Source: an uncultured delta proteobacterium (GTDB lineage Bacteria > Myxococcota > Myxococcia > Myxococcales > Anaeromyxobacteraceae). Taken from it: a stretch of 64,000 nucleotides of DNA. A model generated the notes under the pieces. The model did no database searches. It was not told the origin of the DNA and was given only the letters and a program-made list of their open reading frames with translations. The position numbers and the translations under genes are program-made. Shown here piece by piece: positions 19,096-27,744 of this stretch. Position 1 is the stretch's first letter, and every line of letters starts with the position of its first letter. The DNA lies in the NCBI GenBank assembly GCA_963828255.1, contig CAWHDZ010000007.1, positions 160,001 to 224,000 of the forward strand. Direction: 5' to 3'.

Positions 19096-20241
19096 ATGAA
19101 CGACACGATCCTGTCCTCGGCCCGCGAGTCCTCCCGCAACCTCTCCACCCTGCTCCGCCACGAGCAGGGCGCGATGGCCGACTTTCTCGTGGCCCTCGCA
19201 GACTTCGACCGTCGGGCGCTTTGGCGAGCGCTCGGCCACTCCTGCCTTTTCTACTACCTGCAGCGCGAGCTGCGCCTCTCCGACGGGGCGGCGCACTTCC
19301 GCAAGGTCGCGGCCAGGCTCATCCAGCGCTTCCCCGAGGTGGTCGAGCCGCTCCGCGAGGGCAAGCTCTGCCTCACGAGCATCGTCGAGCTAGCCCGGGT
19401 GATGACCCCGGAGAACCGGGTGGAGACCCTGCCCCAGTTCTTCCACGTGTCGAAGCGGCAGGCGAAGGCGGTGGCGGCGGCGATCTTGCCGGCGGCGGTG
19501 GTCCCGAGGCGGGAGGTGGTCACCCAGGTGGCGAAGGTGGTGCGTCCGGTGGTGCATCCTGATCTGCTTCGGGCCGACTTTCGTCCGGACGAAACTCTCC
19601 CGAGCCGCCCGGAGCCGGAGGCGCGCCCGGCGCTGCCGATGAGGGTCGAGCCGCTGACGGCCACCGAGAGCCGCATCCACCTGACCGTGTCGAACCAGTT
19701 CCTGGAGAAGCTCGAGGCCGCCCGGCGGGGGCAGGGGCACGTGCAGCCGGGCGCGACGAAGGAACAGGCGATCGAGGCGGCGCTGGATCTGCTGCTGGAG
19801 AAGCAGGCCAGCCGCCGGGCGGAGGTGAAGAGGCCGCAGAAGAACCCTCGCCCAGCGACGCCCGACCACGTGACCGCGGCGGTGAAGCGTGCGGTCTGGG
19901 CGCGGGACGAGGGGAAGTGCCAGTGGAAGCTGGATTCGGGTGGCGTCTGCGGGTCGGAGGTGAGGTTGGAGATCGACCACGTGGTTCCGCGCGGGAAGGG
20001 AGGTCCCTCCACGGTGGAGAACTGCAGGATCCTGTGCAGATTCCATAATCTGGAAGCGGCGCGGGGAGTGTACGGCGACGAGGTGATGGACCGGTACACG
20101 AGGAATCCGGTCGCGCGCGAGACCTGCGCCGTCTACTGCGTAGACGTCGCTGTGGCCCCCGCCCTCGCCGCCGCATCCGCCGGGTCGATCGCCAGCGCCG
20201 CCTGGAACGCCGCCCGCGCCTCGTCGCCACGCCCAGCTTGA
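19096..20241 (+). CDS. DUF222-like + HNH endonuclease, copy A
   Basis: RDEGKCQW...C...LEIDHVVPRGKGGPSTVENCRILCRFHN HNH/Zn motif; C-terminus runs into duplicated neighbour sequence. Confidence 0.85.
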   Translation: MNDTILSSARESSRNLSTLLRHEQGAMADFLVALADFDRRALWRALGHSCLFYYLQRELRLSDGAAHFRKVAARLIQRFPEVVEPLREGKLCLTSIVELARVMTPENRVETLPQFFHVSKRQAKAVAAAILPAAVVPRREVVTQVAKVVRPVVHPDLLRADFRPDETLPSRPEPEARPALPMRVEPLTATESRIHLTVSNQFLEKLEAARRGQGHVQPGATKEQAIEAALDLLLEKQASRRAEVKRPQKNPRPATPDHVTAAVKRAVWARDEGKCQWKLDSGGVCGSEVRLEIDHVVPRGKGGPSTVENCRILCRFHNLEAARGVYGDEVMDRYTRNPVARETCAVYCVDVAVAPALAAASAGSIASAAWNAARASSPRPA

Positions 20242-20381
20242 GCAGGCTCAGAGGGGGAGTACTACTGCGTAGACGTCGCTGTGGCCCCCGCCCTCGCCGC
20301 CGCATCCGCCGGGTCGATCGCCAGCGCCGCCTGGAACGCCGCCCGCGCCTCGTCGCCACGCCCCAGCTTGAGCAGGCTCAG
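20133..20381. repeat. Tandem direct duplication (20133-20251 / 20262-20381) of the last ~120 bp of the TPR gene, 10-bp spacer
   Basis: Copies identical except one C indel. Confidence 0.95.
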
Positions 20382-21998
20382 CCCCAGCGCCGTGGCGAGC
20401 CGCGCCTGCTCCGGCGCGATCCGGCGCGCGGCGTTCAGCGTGACGACCGCGCCCGCGTGATCGCCCTGGTCCGCCTGGAACCGCGCGTAGAAGTAGAGCG
20501 GGTCGGCCTCGCGGGGGGCGATGCGGATGGCATCCAGGTAGGCGGCGCGGGCGCGCTCCGGCCGCCCGAGCCCCTGCTCGGCGATTCCCAGGTTCACGTG
20601 GGCGCGCCAGTACCGGGGCGCCACGCGGACAGCCGTCTCGAGCGGCGGGACGGCCTTCCCGTACTCTCCGCGGGCCGAGTAGGCCACCGCCAGGTTGTTG
20701 TTCACCACCACGTCCCTCGGCGCCTTCTCGATCTCCGACTCCCAGAGCGCGAGGTCGCTCGACCAGTCGGCGGCGCGGACCGCGGACCGGACCCCCAGCA
20801 CGGCGACCAGCGCGACCACCGCCACCACCACGAGCGGCGTCCGCCGGAGCGATCCGACGAGCGCCCCGGCGGCGATGCAGAAGCCCGCCGACGGCAGGTA
20901 GGTGAGCCGCTCGGCCATGAGCACGCCGATGGGGAAGATGTGGAGCACGGGGAGCAGCGCGCCGAATGTCCAGAGGATGCCGGCCGACGGGAGGGGGAAG
21001 CGGCGGAGCAGCGCCAGCGCACCCACGACGAGCGGCAGCCAGGCCAGCATCGAGAGGAACAGGTCCGCCCCGGGCCGGGTGACGTGCTGCACCCGCGCCG
21101 CGTAGGCGAAGTCCGTTCCCAGGAACCCCGGGAAGGAGAGCAGCCTGACGTACTCGGCCAGGATGCGACTCGTGGTGTACGTCACCGTGGAGCGCGGGAC
21201 GCCGGCGAGCCACTGCGCCTCCAGCGGAACGCCTCGCGGAAGGCCCCGGGCCAGGAGGTAGGGAACGAGCGAGAGCAGGAGCACCCCGGAGATGGCCACC
21301 ACGCGCAAGAGCGCGCGTCGCGACTTCCCGTCGGCGAGCCCCGGCCCGTCCACGATGCCCGCCGCGCCCGGGACGGCCACCGCCACGATGCCGTAGAGGA
21401 GCGGGAAGACCGCCGCTCCCTCGTTGGCCAGGATGGCCACGGCGCCCAGCCCCACCGAGGCGGCCAGCCGTCCCAGGCTCCGGGCCGCCCCGCGCCCCGA
21501 GAAGGCCACCAGCATGGCGGCCAGGACGAGGGTGGTGGAGAGCAGTTCCTTGCGCCCGACGATGGGTGCGATGGCCTCGACGTGGGCGGGGTGCACCGCG
21601 AAGAGCAGGCCGGCCACCAGCGCCACCCAGGGCGCCCGGTCGGGCATGGTCGCCTCGGCGAGCCTCCGCGCCAGCGACAGCACGAGCAGTGAAGCCGCCA
21701 CGTGGAGCAGGAGATTCACCAGGTGGTAGCCGAAGGGGGAGCGGCCGTGCACCGCGTAGTTGACCGCGAAGCTGAGCGTCGTCACCGGGCGGAAGAGGCC
21801 TCCCGTGGTCCCCGGGCCGCCGTAGTTGTAGGGCGAGGTGAGGATGCGCCCCGCGTTCCCGATCCCGCCCTGCACGAGCGGGTTCTCCACCACCGCCCAG
21901 CCGTCGTCGAGCACCGGGGGGTTGGGAAGCGTCTGCGCGAAGGGCAGGACCGCCACGATCGCCACCAGGATCCAGGACCGGCGCAGGAGGCCGCTCAT
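20262..21998 (-). CDS. TMTC-like GT-C membrane glycosyltransferase with C-terminal TPRs
   Basis: VLDD..VVENP, FRPVTTLS, YHLVNLLLH, HPAHVEAI..IVGR, AERLTYLPS, TPR repeats; ATGA overlap. Confidence 0.8.
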   Translation of the reverse strand: MSGLLRRSWILVAIVAVLPFAQTLPNPPVLDDGWAVVENPLVQGGIGNAGRILTSPYNYGGPGTTGGLFRPVTTLSFAVNYAVHGRSPFGYHLVNLLLHVAASLLVLSLARRLAEATMPDRAPWVALVAGLLFAVHPAHVEAIAPIVGRKELLSTTLVLAAMLVAFSGRGAARSLGRLAASVGLGAVAILANEGAAVFPLLYGIVAVAVPGAAGIVDGPGLADGKSRRALLRVVAISGVLLLSLVPYLLARGLPRGVPLEAQWLAGVPRSTVTYTTSRILAEYVRLLSFPGFLGTDFAYAARVQHVTRPGADLFLSMLAWLPLVVGALALLRRFPLPSAGILWTFGALLPVLHIFPIGVLMAERLTYLPSAGFCIAAGALVGSLRRTPLVVVAVVALVAVLGVRSAVRAADWSSDLALWESEIEKAPRDVVVNNNLAVAYSARGEYGKAVPPLETAVRVAPRYWRAHVNLGIAEQGLGRPERARAAYLDAIRIAPREADPLYFYARFQADQGDHAGAVVTLNAARRIAPEQARLATALGLSLLKLGRGDEARAAFQAALAIDPADAAARAGATATSTQ

Positions 21999-23641
21999 CT
22001 CCAGGCCCCCGGACGGGCGTACACCTGCACGAGCGGCACCTCGTCGAGGTAGGCGCCGGTCACGGGGCGGGTGGTGTGGAACTCGGTCCAGGTGCGGAAC
22101 TCCCGGTCGCGGAACTCCCGGTGATACTGCCAGATCGAGATGTCGGCGTCCTCGGGTCCGGATGCCACCGTGAGGTCCGGCCGCAGCCGGCCGTCGCGCT
22201 GGTACTGCCGCGCCGCCAGCGCCGTCGTCTCCTGGAACCAGATCCGCGCCCCCGGCGCGGCGTGGGTATTCACCGCCGGTAGAACGGCCACGGCCGCGTC
22301 GCCCCAGAACTGGCGCTGCATGCCCAGGGTGGCCGCTCCCGGGGCTCCCCCGGCGAGCTCGTTCCAGGCCGCGGTGCCGAAGGGGTGGACGTGGGCCACC
22401 TGCCAGGCCGCCGGGGCCAGTGCGAGGAACGCCAGGCCCGTGGTGACCGCCGCGGCGCGGGCCGGCCAGAGGAGCCGCCCGGTGGTGACGAGGGCGCGGG
22501 CCCCCAGGAGCGCCAGGAAGGGCATGGCCGGCATCCAGTGCTTCACCCCGCCGAAGTGGGGCACGGTGGGCCAGGCGATGAGGGCGATGGGGAACAGGGA
22601 CGAGAGGAGCAGCAGCCACTCGGTGGGGATCGACACCTCCGGCCCCCGCCCCCGCCAGGCCGAGGCGATCCGGCCGCCGGACTGCGCCAGCCCGCCGACC
22701 ATGGCCACCAGGATGGCCGCCGGGACGGTGAGCGCGGTCACGACGAACGGGTAGGCCACCGGGAAGGGGGGCTCGCGCAGCAACGTCCCGAAGTACATCC
22801 ACGGGTAGTTCTCGTGGTGCAGGTGGTAGCCCAGCCAGCCCTGGATCCGCGGCATCGTGTGGTGCCAGAGCCACGGCCAGGAAGCCACCAGCACCAGCGG
22901 TCCGAGCACCGCCATGGCCACGAGCGCCCAGGGGAACCGGTGGCCGCCCACCACGCCGACCGCACCCTCCGAGGCGGGACCGTGGCTCGCCTGCCGCCCG
23001 CGGAACGAGCCGAGCAGCCAGGCGGCGAGCAGCACCGGAGGCAGGAACCAGGCGTTGTGCTTGGCGCCGAGCGAGGCGCCGAGGAGGAGCCCCGACGCCA
23101 CCGCCCACCCCGCCGTGGAGAGCCGCCCCCGCGACGCGCTGGTGCTGCGCCAGAAGGCGTAGGTGGTTGCGAGCAGGAGCGCGGTCACCGGCAGGTCGAG
23201 CGCCGCCGGGTGGACGTGCCAGAAGTTCCGCGGGACGGCGAAGAAGAGCGCCGGTGCGATCGCGCCCCCCATCGTCCCGGCCAGGTCGAAGCCCCAGAGC
23301 GCCAGGACGACGGCCAGGAACGCGGCCAGCAGCCAGACGCCCGCCCGCGACCCCTGCACCTCGCCGGTGATGCCCGCCAGGTCGTGGAGCGCGGTGCGGG
23401 TCAGTCCGAAGAGCCCCTTCGCGAACCCGGGGTGCTCGTGGTTGGGCGCGTAGCGGCGGTCGGCCAGCTCGAGCACGCGGGACGGCTCGCGCAGCGCCTC
23501 CCCCCAGAAGCGGGCGTACGAGCCCCCGGCCTCGACGTAGACGCTCTCGTCGCGGGAGATGCCCACCGACGACGACGTGGCCGCCGCGACCGCCAGCACG
23601 GCGCAGCCCCACCCGAGGGCGATCTTCCTCCTCGCGTTCAC
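21995..23641 (-). CDS. GT-C (GT39/ArnT-like) glycosyltransferase
   Basis: GISRDESVY and NHEHPGFAK motifs, many TM helices. Confidence 0.75.
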   Translation of the reverse strand: MNARRKIALGWGCAVLAVAAATSSSVGISRDESVYVEAGGSYARFWGEALREPSRVLELADRRYAPNHEHPGFAKGLFGLTRTALHDLAGITGEVQGSRAGVWLLAAFLAVVLALWGFDLAGTMGGAIAPALFFAVPRNFWHVHPAALDLPVTALLLATTYAFWRSTSASRGRLSTAGWAVASGLLLGASLGAKHNAWFLPPVLLAAWLLGSFRGRQASHGPASEGAVGVVGGHRFPWALVAMAVLGPLVLVASWPWLWHHTMPRIQGWLGYHLHHENYPWMYFGTLLREPPFPVAYPFVVTALTVPAAILVAMVGGLAQSGGRIASAWRGRGPEVSIPTEWLLLLSSLFPIALIAWPTVPHFGGVKHWMPAMPFLALLGARALVTTGRLLWPARAAAVTTGLAFLALAPAAWQVAHVHPFGTAAWNELAGGAPGAATLGMQRQFWGDAAVAVLPAVNTHAAPGARIWFQETTALAARQYQRDGRLRPDLTVASGPEDADISIWQYHREFRDREFRTWTEFHTTRPVTGAYLDEVPLVQVYARPGAWR

Positions 23642-24618
23642 GGCAGCGCCACCAGCTCCACGCAGACCCCGAGAGGGAGGGGGCCGGAGGGAACGATCTC
23701 CACCGTCACCTCGTGCGGGATCGGCGGCAGGCGGGAGGTGTCGACCGTGAAGGGTCTCCAGGCCGGCGGGGCCGCCGAGGCCTCGGACCTCCCCAGCTCC
23801 ACGCCGTCCACCTTCACCCGGAGCGAGACCGGCGGCGCGCCGCCGGGCGGGTCGCCCACGAGCCCCACGTGCCCCCGCAGCGCCACGCCGAGGCGGGCGG
23901 CCGGGAGCCGCAGGACCAGCGGCTCCACGCCGGGTCCGGCGAAGCGCACCACCAGGCAGCTCCGGGGGCGGAAGCCCACCTCGCGGACCTCGCGGGCCGC
24001 CGGTGCGGCGCCCTGGATCGACGCGGAGTGAAGCCGGTCAGCGAGGGACCAGAGCGGCAGGAGCGGCGCAAGCAGGTCGTTTCGCGTGAGCGTGAGCCGG
24101 CCGATGCGGACCGGCCCCTCCACGACGGAGGACCGCTCGGCCAGCTGGGCGGCGATGGAGCCGGCGCCGCCGGGAGCGTCCGGGAGGGAGAGGAGCCAGA
24201 CGCGGGAGATGCCCGGGAGATCCTCGACACCCTCGGCGTAGGAGGGATGGGCCAGGATCGGCAGGAGCACCTCGGGGCGCGCCGGGAGCCGCTCGGGCAG
24301 GACCTCGCGGGCCCGCTCGGCCCAGGGTGGGGCGAGCGCCACCGCGTCGCCCGGGCGGGCGTCGCGGGCCAGCACCGCCGCCACCGCCTTCCAGTCGGTG
24401 GAGGAGGGGAGCCGGCCGGGGAGGGTGGCCTGGAACCAGAGGCCGTACAGCCCGGCCGCCGAGACGGCGACCGCGAGGAGCGCGGCCCAGGCGATGTCGC
24501 GGGGAGGCCAGAGCGTCGCCCGGGCCTTGCGCCGCAGCTCGTACCAGCCGGTCGGATCCGGCGGCGGCGGCTCCGGGAGGCGGTAGGTCGGCCCGCGGGG
24601 ATCCGGCGGCTGGGTCAC
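23638..24618 (-). CDS. Hypothetical membrane-anchored protein
   Basis: Single TM helix, GTGA coupling to the GT gene. Confidence 0.6.
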   Translation of the reverse strand: MTQPPDPRGPTYRLPEPPPPDPTGWYELRRKARATLWPPRDIAWAALLAVAVSAAGLYGLWFQATLPGRLPSSTDWKAVAAVLARDARPGDAVALAPPWAERAREVLPERLPARPEVLLPILAHPSYAEGVEDLPGISRVWLLSLPDAPGGAGSIAAQLAERSSVVEGPVRIGRLTLTRNDLLAPLLPLWSLADRLHSASIQGAAPAAREVREVGFRPRSCLVVRFAGPGVEPLVLRLPAARLGVALRGHVGLVGDPPGGAPPVSLRVKVDGVELGRSEASAAPPAWRPFTVDTSRLPPIPHEVTVEIVPSGPLPLGVCVELVALP

Positions 24619-24628
24619 GAACGGTGAA

Positions 24629-25174
24629 TCAGGTCTTGGCCAGGCGGATGCGCCGTTCGCTCTTGTCGCGGCAGAAGGCGTCCAGCTCGAACTCGGGGTC
24701 GTCGGGCAGGGAGGGCGACCAGGAGGGGTGCATGGCGCACCGGGCGTCGTAGCAGTGGTGCAGGTCCCAGAGGTGGCCGAGGAAGTGGATCGACTCCCGG
24801 GTGAGCCGCCGCCGGTAGATCTCGATGGAGGCCTCGGTCACGCCGCGCGGCTTGAAGCGGAACGTGGAGACGATCGCGCGATCCCCGCCCTGCACGGCGT
24901 GGCCCCAGGCGGGTGGCTCGCCCAGCGGCCCCTTGGGGTTCGCGAGTTCCACGTCGATCAGGTAGAGCACCTTGTCGTCGGCGAAGGCGCGGACCGGGGA
25001 GGCGTCCTCGAGCATCTTGAGCGCGTTGAAGCGGCCGTCCGGTTGCTCGGCCTTGCGGGGCAGCGCCCGGTCGCCGGCGTGCTCGGTGCCTACCCCGAAG
25101 GAGCGGTAGAGGGTCTTCGCGAGGAAGGAGATGTCCCCTTCGTCGAAGGGGGAGAGCGTCACGATGCGGATCAC
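24629..25174 (-). CDS. carG: CarG-like non-proteolytic archaemetzincin Zn protein
   Basis: HFLGHLWDLHHCx4CxM..C motif lacking the catalytic Glu; coupled (GTGA) downstream of carD. Confidence 0.8.
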   Translation of the reverse strand: MIRIVTLSPFDEGDISFLAKTLYRSFGVGTEHAGDRALPRKAEQPDGRFNALKMLEDASPVRAFADDKVLYLIDVELANPKGPLGEPPAWGHAVQGGDRAIVSTFRFKPRGVTEASIEIYRRRLTRESIHFLGHLWDLHHCYDARCAMHPSWSPSLPDDPEFELDAFCRDKSERRIRLAKT

Positions 25175-26286
25175 TTCTTCTTCCCCTTGGCGGGACTGGC
25201 GGGCTTCTTGGCCGGGGCCGCCTTCTTCGGTGCGGGCTTCTTCGGTGCGGGCTTCTTCGCGGGTGGCGCCTTCTTGGCGGGCGGAGCCTTCCTCGGTGGC
25301 GGCGGCGCGGCCTTCTTCGAGGGGGCGGGCGCCTTCTTCGCGGGCGCCGGCGCCTTCGGGGCCGGGGCGGCCTTCTTCGCCGGCGGGGGCGGCTTCACCG
25401 AGGGTGCTGGCGGCTTGACGGCGGGTGCGGGCTTCGCACCCTTCGGCGGCGGCGGCGGCGCCTTGACCGGGACGCCCTCGTCCTCCTCGTCCTCCCCGGC
25501 GGGCTTCTTCTCCTCGCCCTCCTCGGACTCCTCCGATTCCTCGGCCTCTCCCGCGCCGGCCCCCTCGATGGCGCGCAGGTCGATGCCCAGCTCGGCGAGA
25601 CCCAGGTCGTCGTCGTCCTCGGAGGCGGTGGGCTTCTTCCGCTTCCACGGCGGGCCCTTCAGCTCGACCGGCGTGGGGGGCGGCTTGAGCGGGAGCTTCA
25701 CGCCGGCGGGCGGCATGAGCGCGTAGTCGATGTAGTCCTCGGCGATGACGTCGGGGACGTCGAGGGAGACCGAGATCTCGTTGACCAGCAGGTGCCGGGA
25801 GCTGTCGTAGAGCTCGCGCTCCTTGGCAGGCAGCGGGCGCAGCCGGGACAGGGAGTGAAGGCCCTTCACCACCTCGGCCACGCCCAGCACCCCGCCGGCG
25901 ATGAGCCGCTCGACGTTGTCCCGGTGGCGCACCTTCCAGTCCAGCTCCGGGTCGTCATAGGTGGCGCCCAGGTAGTGGAAGACCCCCTCGATGTCCTCGG
26001 CCGAGGCGACCCGGCGAAGCCCGATGGTGGCGACCTTGCCGAGGGGAACCAGGACCGAGGCGCCGTTCTCCTCCCGGGTCATCTTCACGAACTCGAGCCG
26101 CTGCCCGGCGATGTCCTTCTGCTCGAGCCCGGTGACCCGGTAGACGCCCTGCTTCGGGTAGACCACCCGATCGCCGGCCTTGAGGTCGGACGACGAGGCG
26201 ATGGTGCCGCCCGCGGAGGGGGTCTCTTCCTGCTTCTCGGCGCGCTCGCGCCTTCCGGGCGTTCTCACGGCGATCACCGTTACCAC
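25171..26286 (-). CDS. carD: CarD transcriptional regulator (TRCF-RID domain, acidic tract, histone H1-like K/A/P tail); start uncertain
   Basis: GDRVVYPKQGVYRV...WKVR RID domain; acidic block then KKAPP-type repeats. Confidence 0.85.
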   Translation of the reverse strand: MVTVIAVRTPGRRERAEKQEETPSAGGTIASSSDLKAGDRVVYPKQGVYRVTGLEQKDIAGQRLEFVKMTREENGASVLVPLGKVATIGLRRVASAEDIEGVFHYLGATYDDPELDWKVRHRDNVERLIAGGVLGVAEVVKGLHSLSRLRPLPAKERELYDSSRHLLVNEISVSLDVPDVIAEDYIDYALMPPAGVKLPLKPPPTPVELKGPPWKRKKPTASEDDDDLGLAELGIDLRAIEGAGAGEAEESEESEEGEEKKPAGEDEEDEGVPVKAPPPPPKGAKPAPAVKPPAPSVKPPPPAKKAAPAPKAPAPAKKAPAPSKKAAPPPPRKAPPAKKAPPAKKPAPKKPAPKKAAPAKKPASPAKGKKK

Positions 26287-26317
26287 GCGGCCCGGGGGGC
26301 GGCAACGGCCGGATCCC

Positions 26318-27097
26318 TCAGGGATCCCGCGCGGGTGGCAGGGGGAGGAAGGAGCTCGTCCTGCGGACGTAGGCCACGTATTCGGGGCGCCGCCCGGCGA
26401 TGTCCTTCTCGAGGAGCGACACCCCGGAGACCCTCACCAGCAGGAAGGTCATGAGGGCCGGCCCCAGCAGGCACCACCAGGCCCCGGAGGCCGCCCCGAC
26501 GAGCCCCAGCCCCCACCACACCAGGGCGTCGCCGAAGTAGTTGGGGTGGCGGGTGTAGCGCCAGAGGCCGCTCTCCATGACCTTTCCGCGGTTCAGTGGG
26601 TCGGCGAGGAACCTGGACAGCTGCGCGTCGCCCACCGTCTCGAAGGTCAGCCCCACGGCGAAGAGGGCGACGCCGGCGATGTCCAGGGGGCCGATCGGCC
26701 GTTCCGCACCGAGCGCCGCCCCGGCCTGCAGCGGCAGGGAGACGGTCCAGAGGAGCCCCCCCTGGAGGAGGAAGACCGTGAAGAGGCTCACCAGCGGGAA
26801 GCGGTCGCCCCAGGTGGCCCGCATGGCCTGGTAGCGCCGGTCCTCCTCCTTCTTCTTCCTCCAGCGCGTGCCGATGTGGAGGGCGAGCCGGAGCCCCCAG
26901 GCCGAGGTGAGCACCACGAGGAGCGTCGCGCGTGCCGAGGGAGGGGACAGGGAGGCCGAGACGATGGCCACGAAGGCGAAGCCGGGGCCCCAGAAGACGT
27001 CGGCGATGGAGGCGTCCCGCAGCGGCAGGGAGAGGGCCCAGACCACCACCATGTAGGCGGCGATGGCCGCCGCGGACGCGGAGAGGATGGTGGTCAC
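26318..27097 (-). CDS. DUF1295 (steroid 5-alpha-reductase-like) membrane protein
   Basis: ADVFWG, EDRRY, GLWRYTRHPNYFGD. Confidence 0.85.
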   Translation of the reverse strand: MTTILSASAAAIAAYMVVVWALSLPLRDASIADVFWGPGFAFVAIVSASLSPPSARATLLVVLTSAWGLRLALHIGTRWRKKKEEDRRYQAMRATWGDRFPLVSLFTVFLLQGGLLWTVSLPLQAGAALGAERPIGPLDIAGVALFAVGLTFETVGDAQLSRFLADPLNRGKVMESGLWRYTRHPNYFGDALVWWGLGLVGAASGAWWCLLGPALMTFLLVRVSGVSLLEKDIAGRRPEYVAYVRRTSSFLPLPPARDP

Positions 27098-27744
27098 GGC
27101 CGCACTGCGGCGCCGCGCCAGAGACGGACGCTCGACCAGAGGACGAAGACGAGCCAGAGCGGACCGGCCACGCCGAGCAGCTTCGCTGCCGCCTCGGAGA
27201 AGGGCTGGCCGGCCACCGGGACGGAGGCCAGGCCGGCCAGGAGGCCCAGCACGGCGAGGGCGCGCGCCCCGCTCCGCCACAGCGCGGAGCCGAGCGCGAG
27301 CAGTCCGATGCCGAGCAGCAGGTTGAAGAGGGCGTCGAGCGACAGGGTCACGCCCAGCAGCGCGCGCGCCGCGGGCGCGCAGGCCACGCCCTCGCAGCCC
27401 GGCAGCAGGTGCGACACCAGGACGAGCGGCGTCACGCACCCCGCCGCGTTGAAGAGCGCGCCCACTGCGATGGAGGACGCACCGAAGCGAGCCACCGGCG
27501 TCCCCACCTGCCGGCCGAGGCCGCTGGCCCAGCCCGCCAGGGCCACGAGCCCGAGGATGAACGACACGGCGCTCGCCACCGTCGCCTGGGGCTGGGCGAA
27601 GGAGAGCGCCGCCCAGCGGTCGATGTCGGTGGGCCGGTAGGCCACCGGGATCTCCCAGAGGAAGGCCACGCCGGCGACGTTTCCGGCGAAGCCGGCGATG
27701 CCGAGGAGCGCCGCGATGCGGTCAGGACGGGTCTGGCTCTGCGT
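27094..27744 (-). CDS. Multi-TM membrane protein; no canonical start codon (ACG 27744 or ATT 27750)
   Basis: Hydrophobic ORF within the operon; stop coupled to the DUF1295 GTG. Confidence 0.6.
   Translation of the reverse strand, partial: TQSQTRPDRIAALLGIAGFAGNVAGVAFLWEIPVAYRPTDIDRWAALSFAQPQATVASAVSFILGLVALAGWASGLGRQVGTPVARFGASSIAVGALFNAAGCVTPLVLVSHLLPGCEGVACAPAARALLGVTLSLDALFNLLLGIGLLALGSALWRSGARALAVLGLLAGLASVPVAGQPFSEAAAKLLGVAGPLWLVFVLWSSVRLWRGAAVRP

Noticed and set aside
19096..20241. HNH proteins as IscB/Cas9/TnpB
   Set aside because: No PLMP or RuvC motifs recognisable, and no CRISPR array
20262..23612. 1116-aa ORF as one protein
   Set aside because: Its first half overlaps the GT39 gene out of frame; the real start is ATG 21998
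24629..25174. Active zinc protease or novel pseudo-protease
   Set aside because: Lacks the catalytic Glu and matches the already described CarG next to CarD
25180..25460. Low-complexity GGCTTCTTC repeats as a non-coding repeat element
   Set aside because: They encode the H1-like tail of CarD
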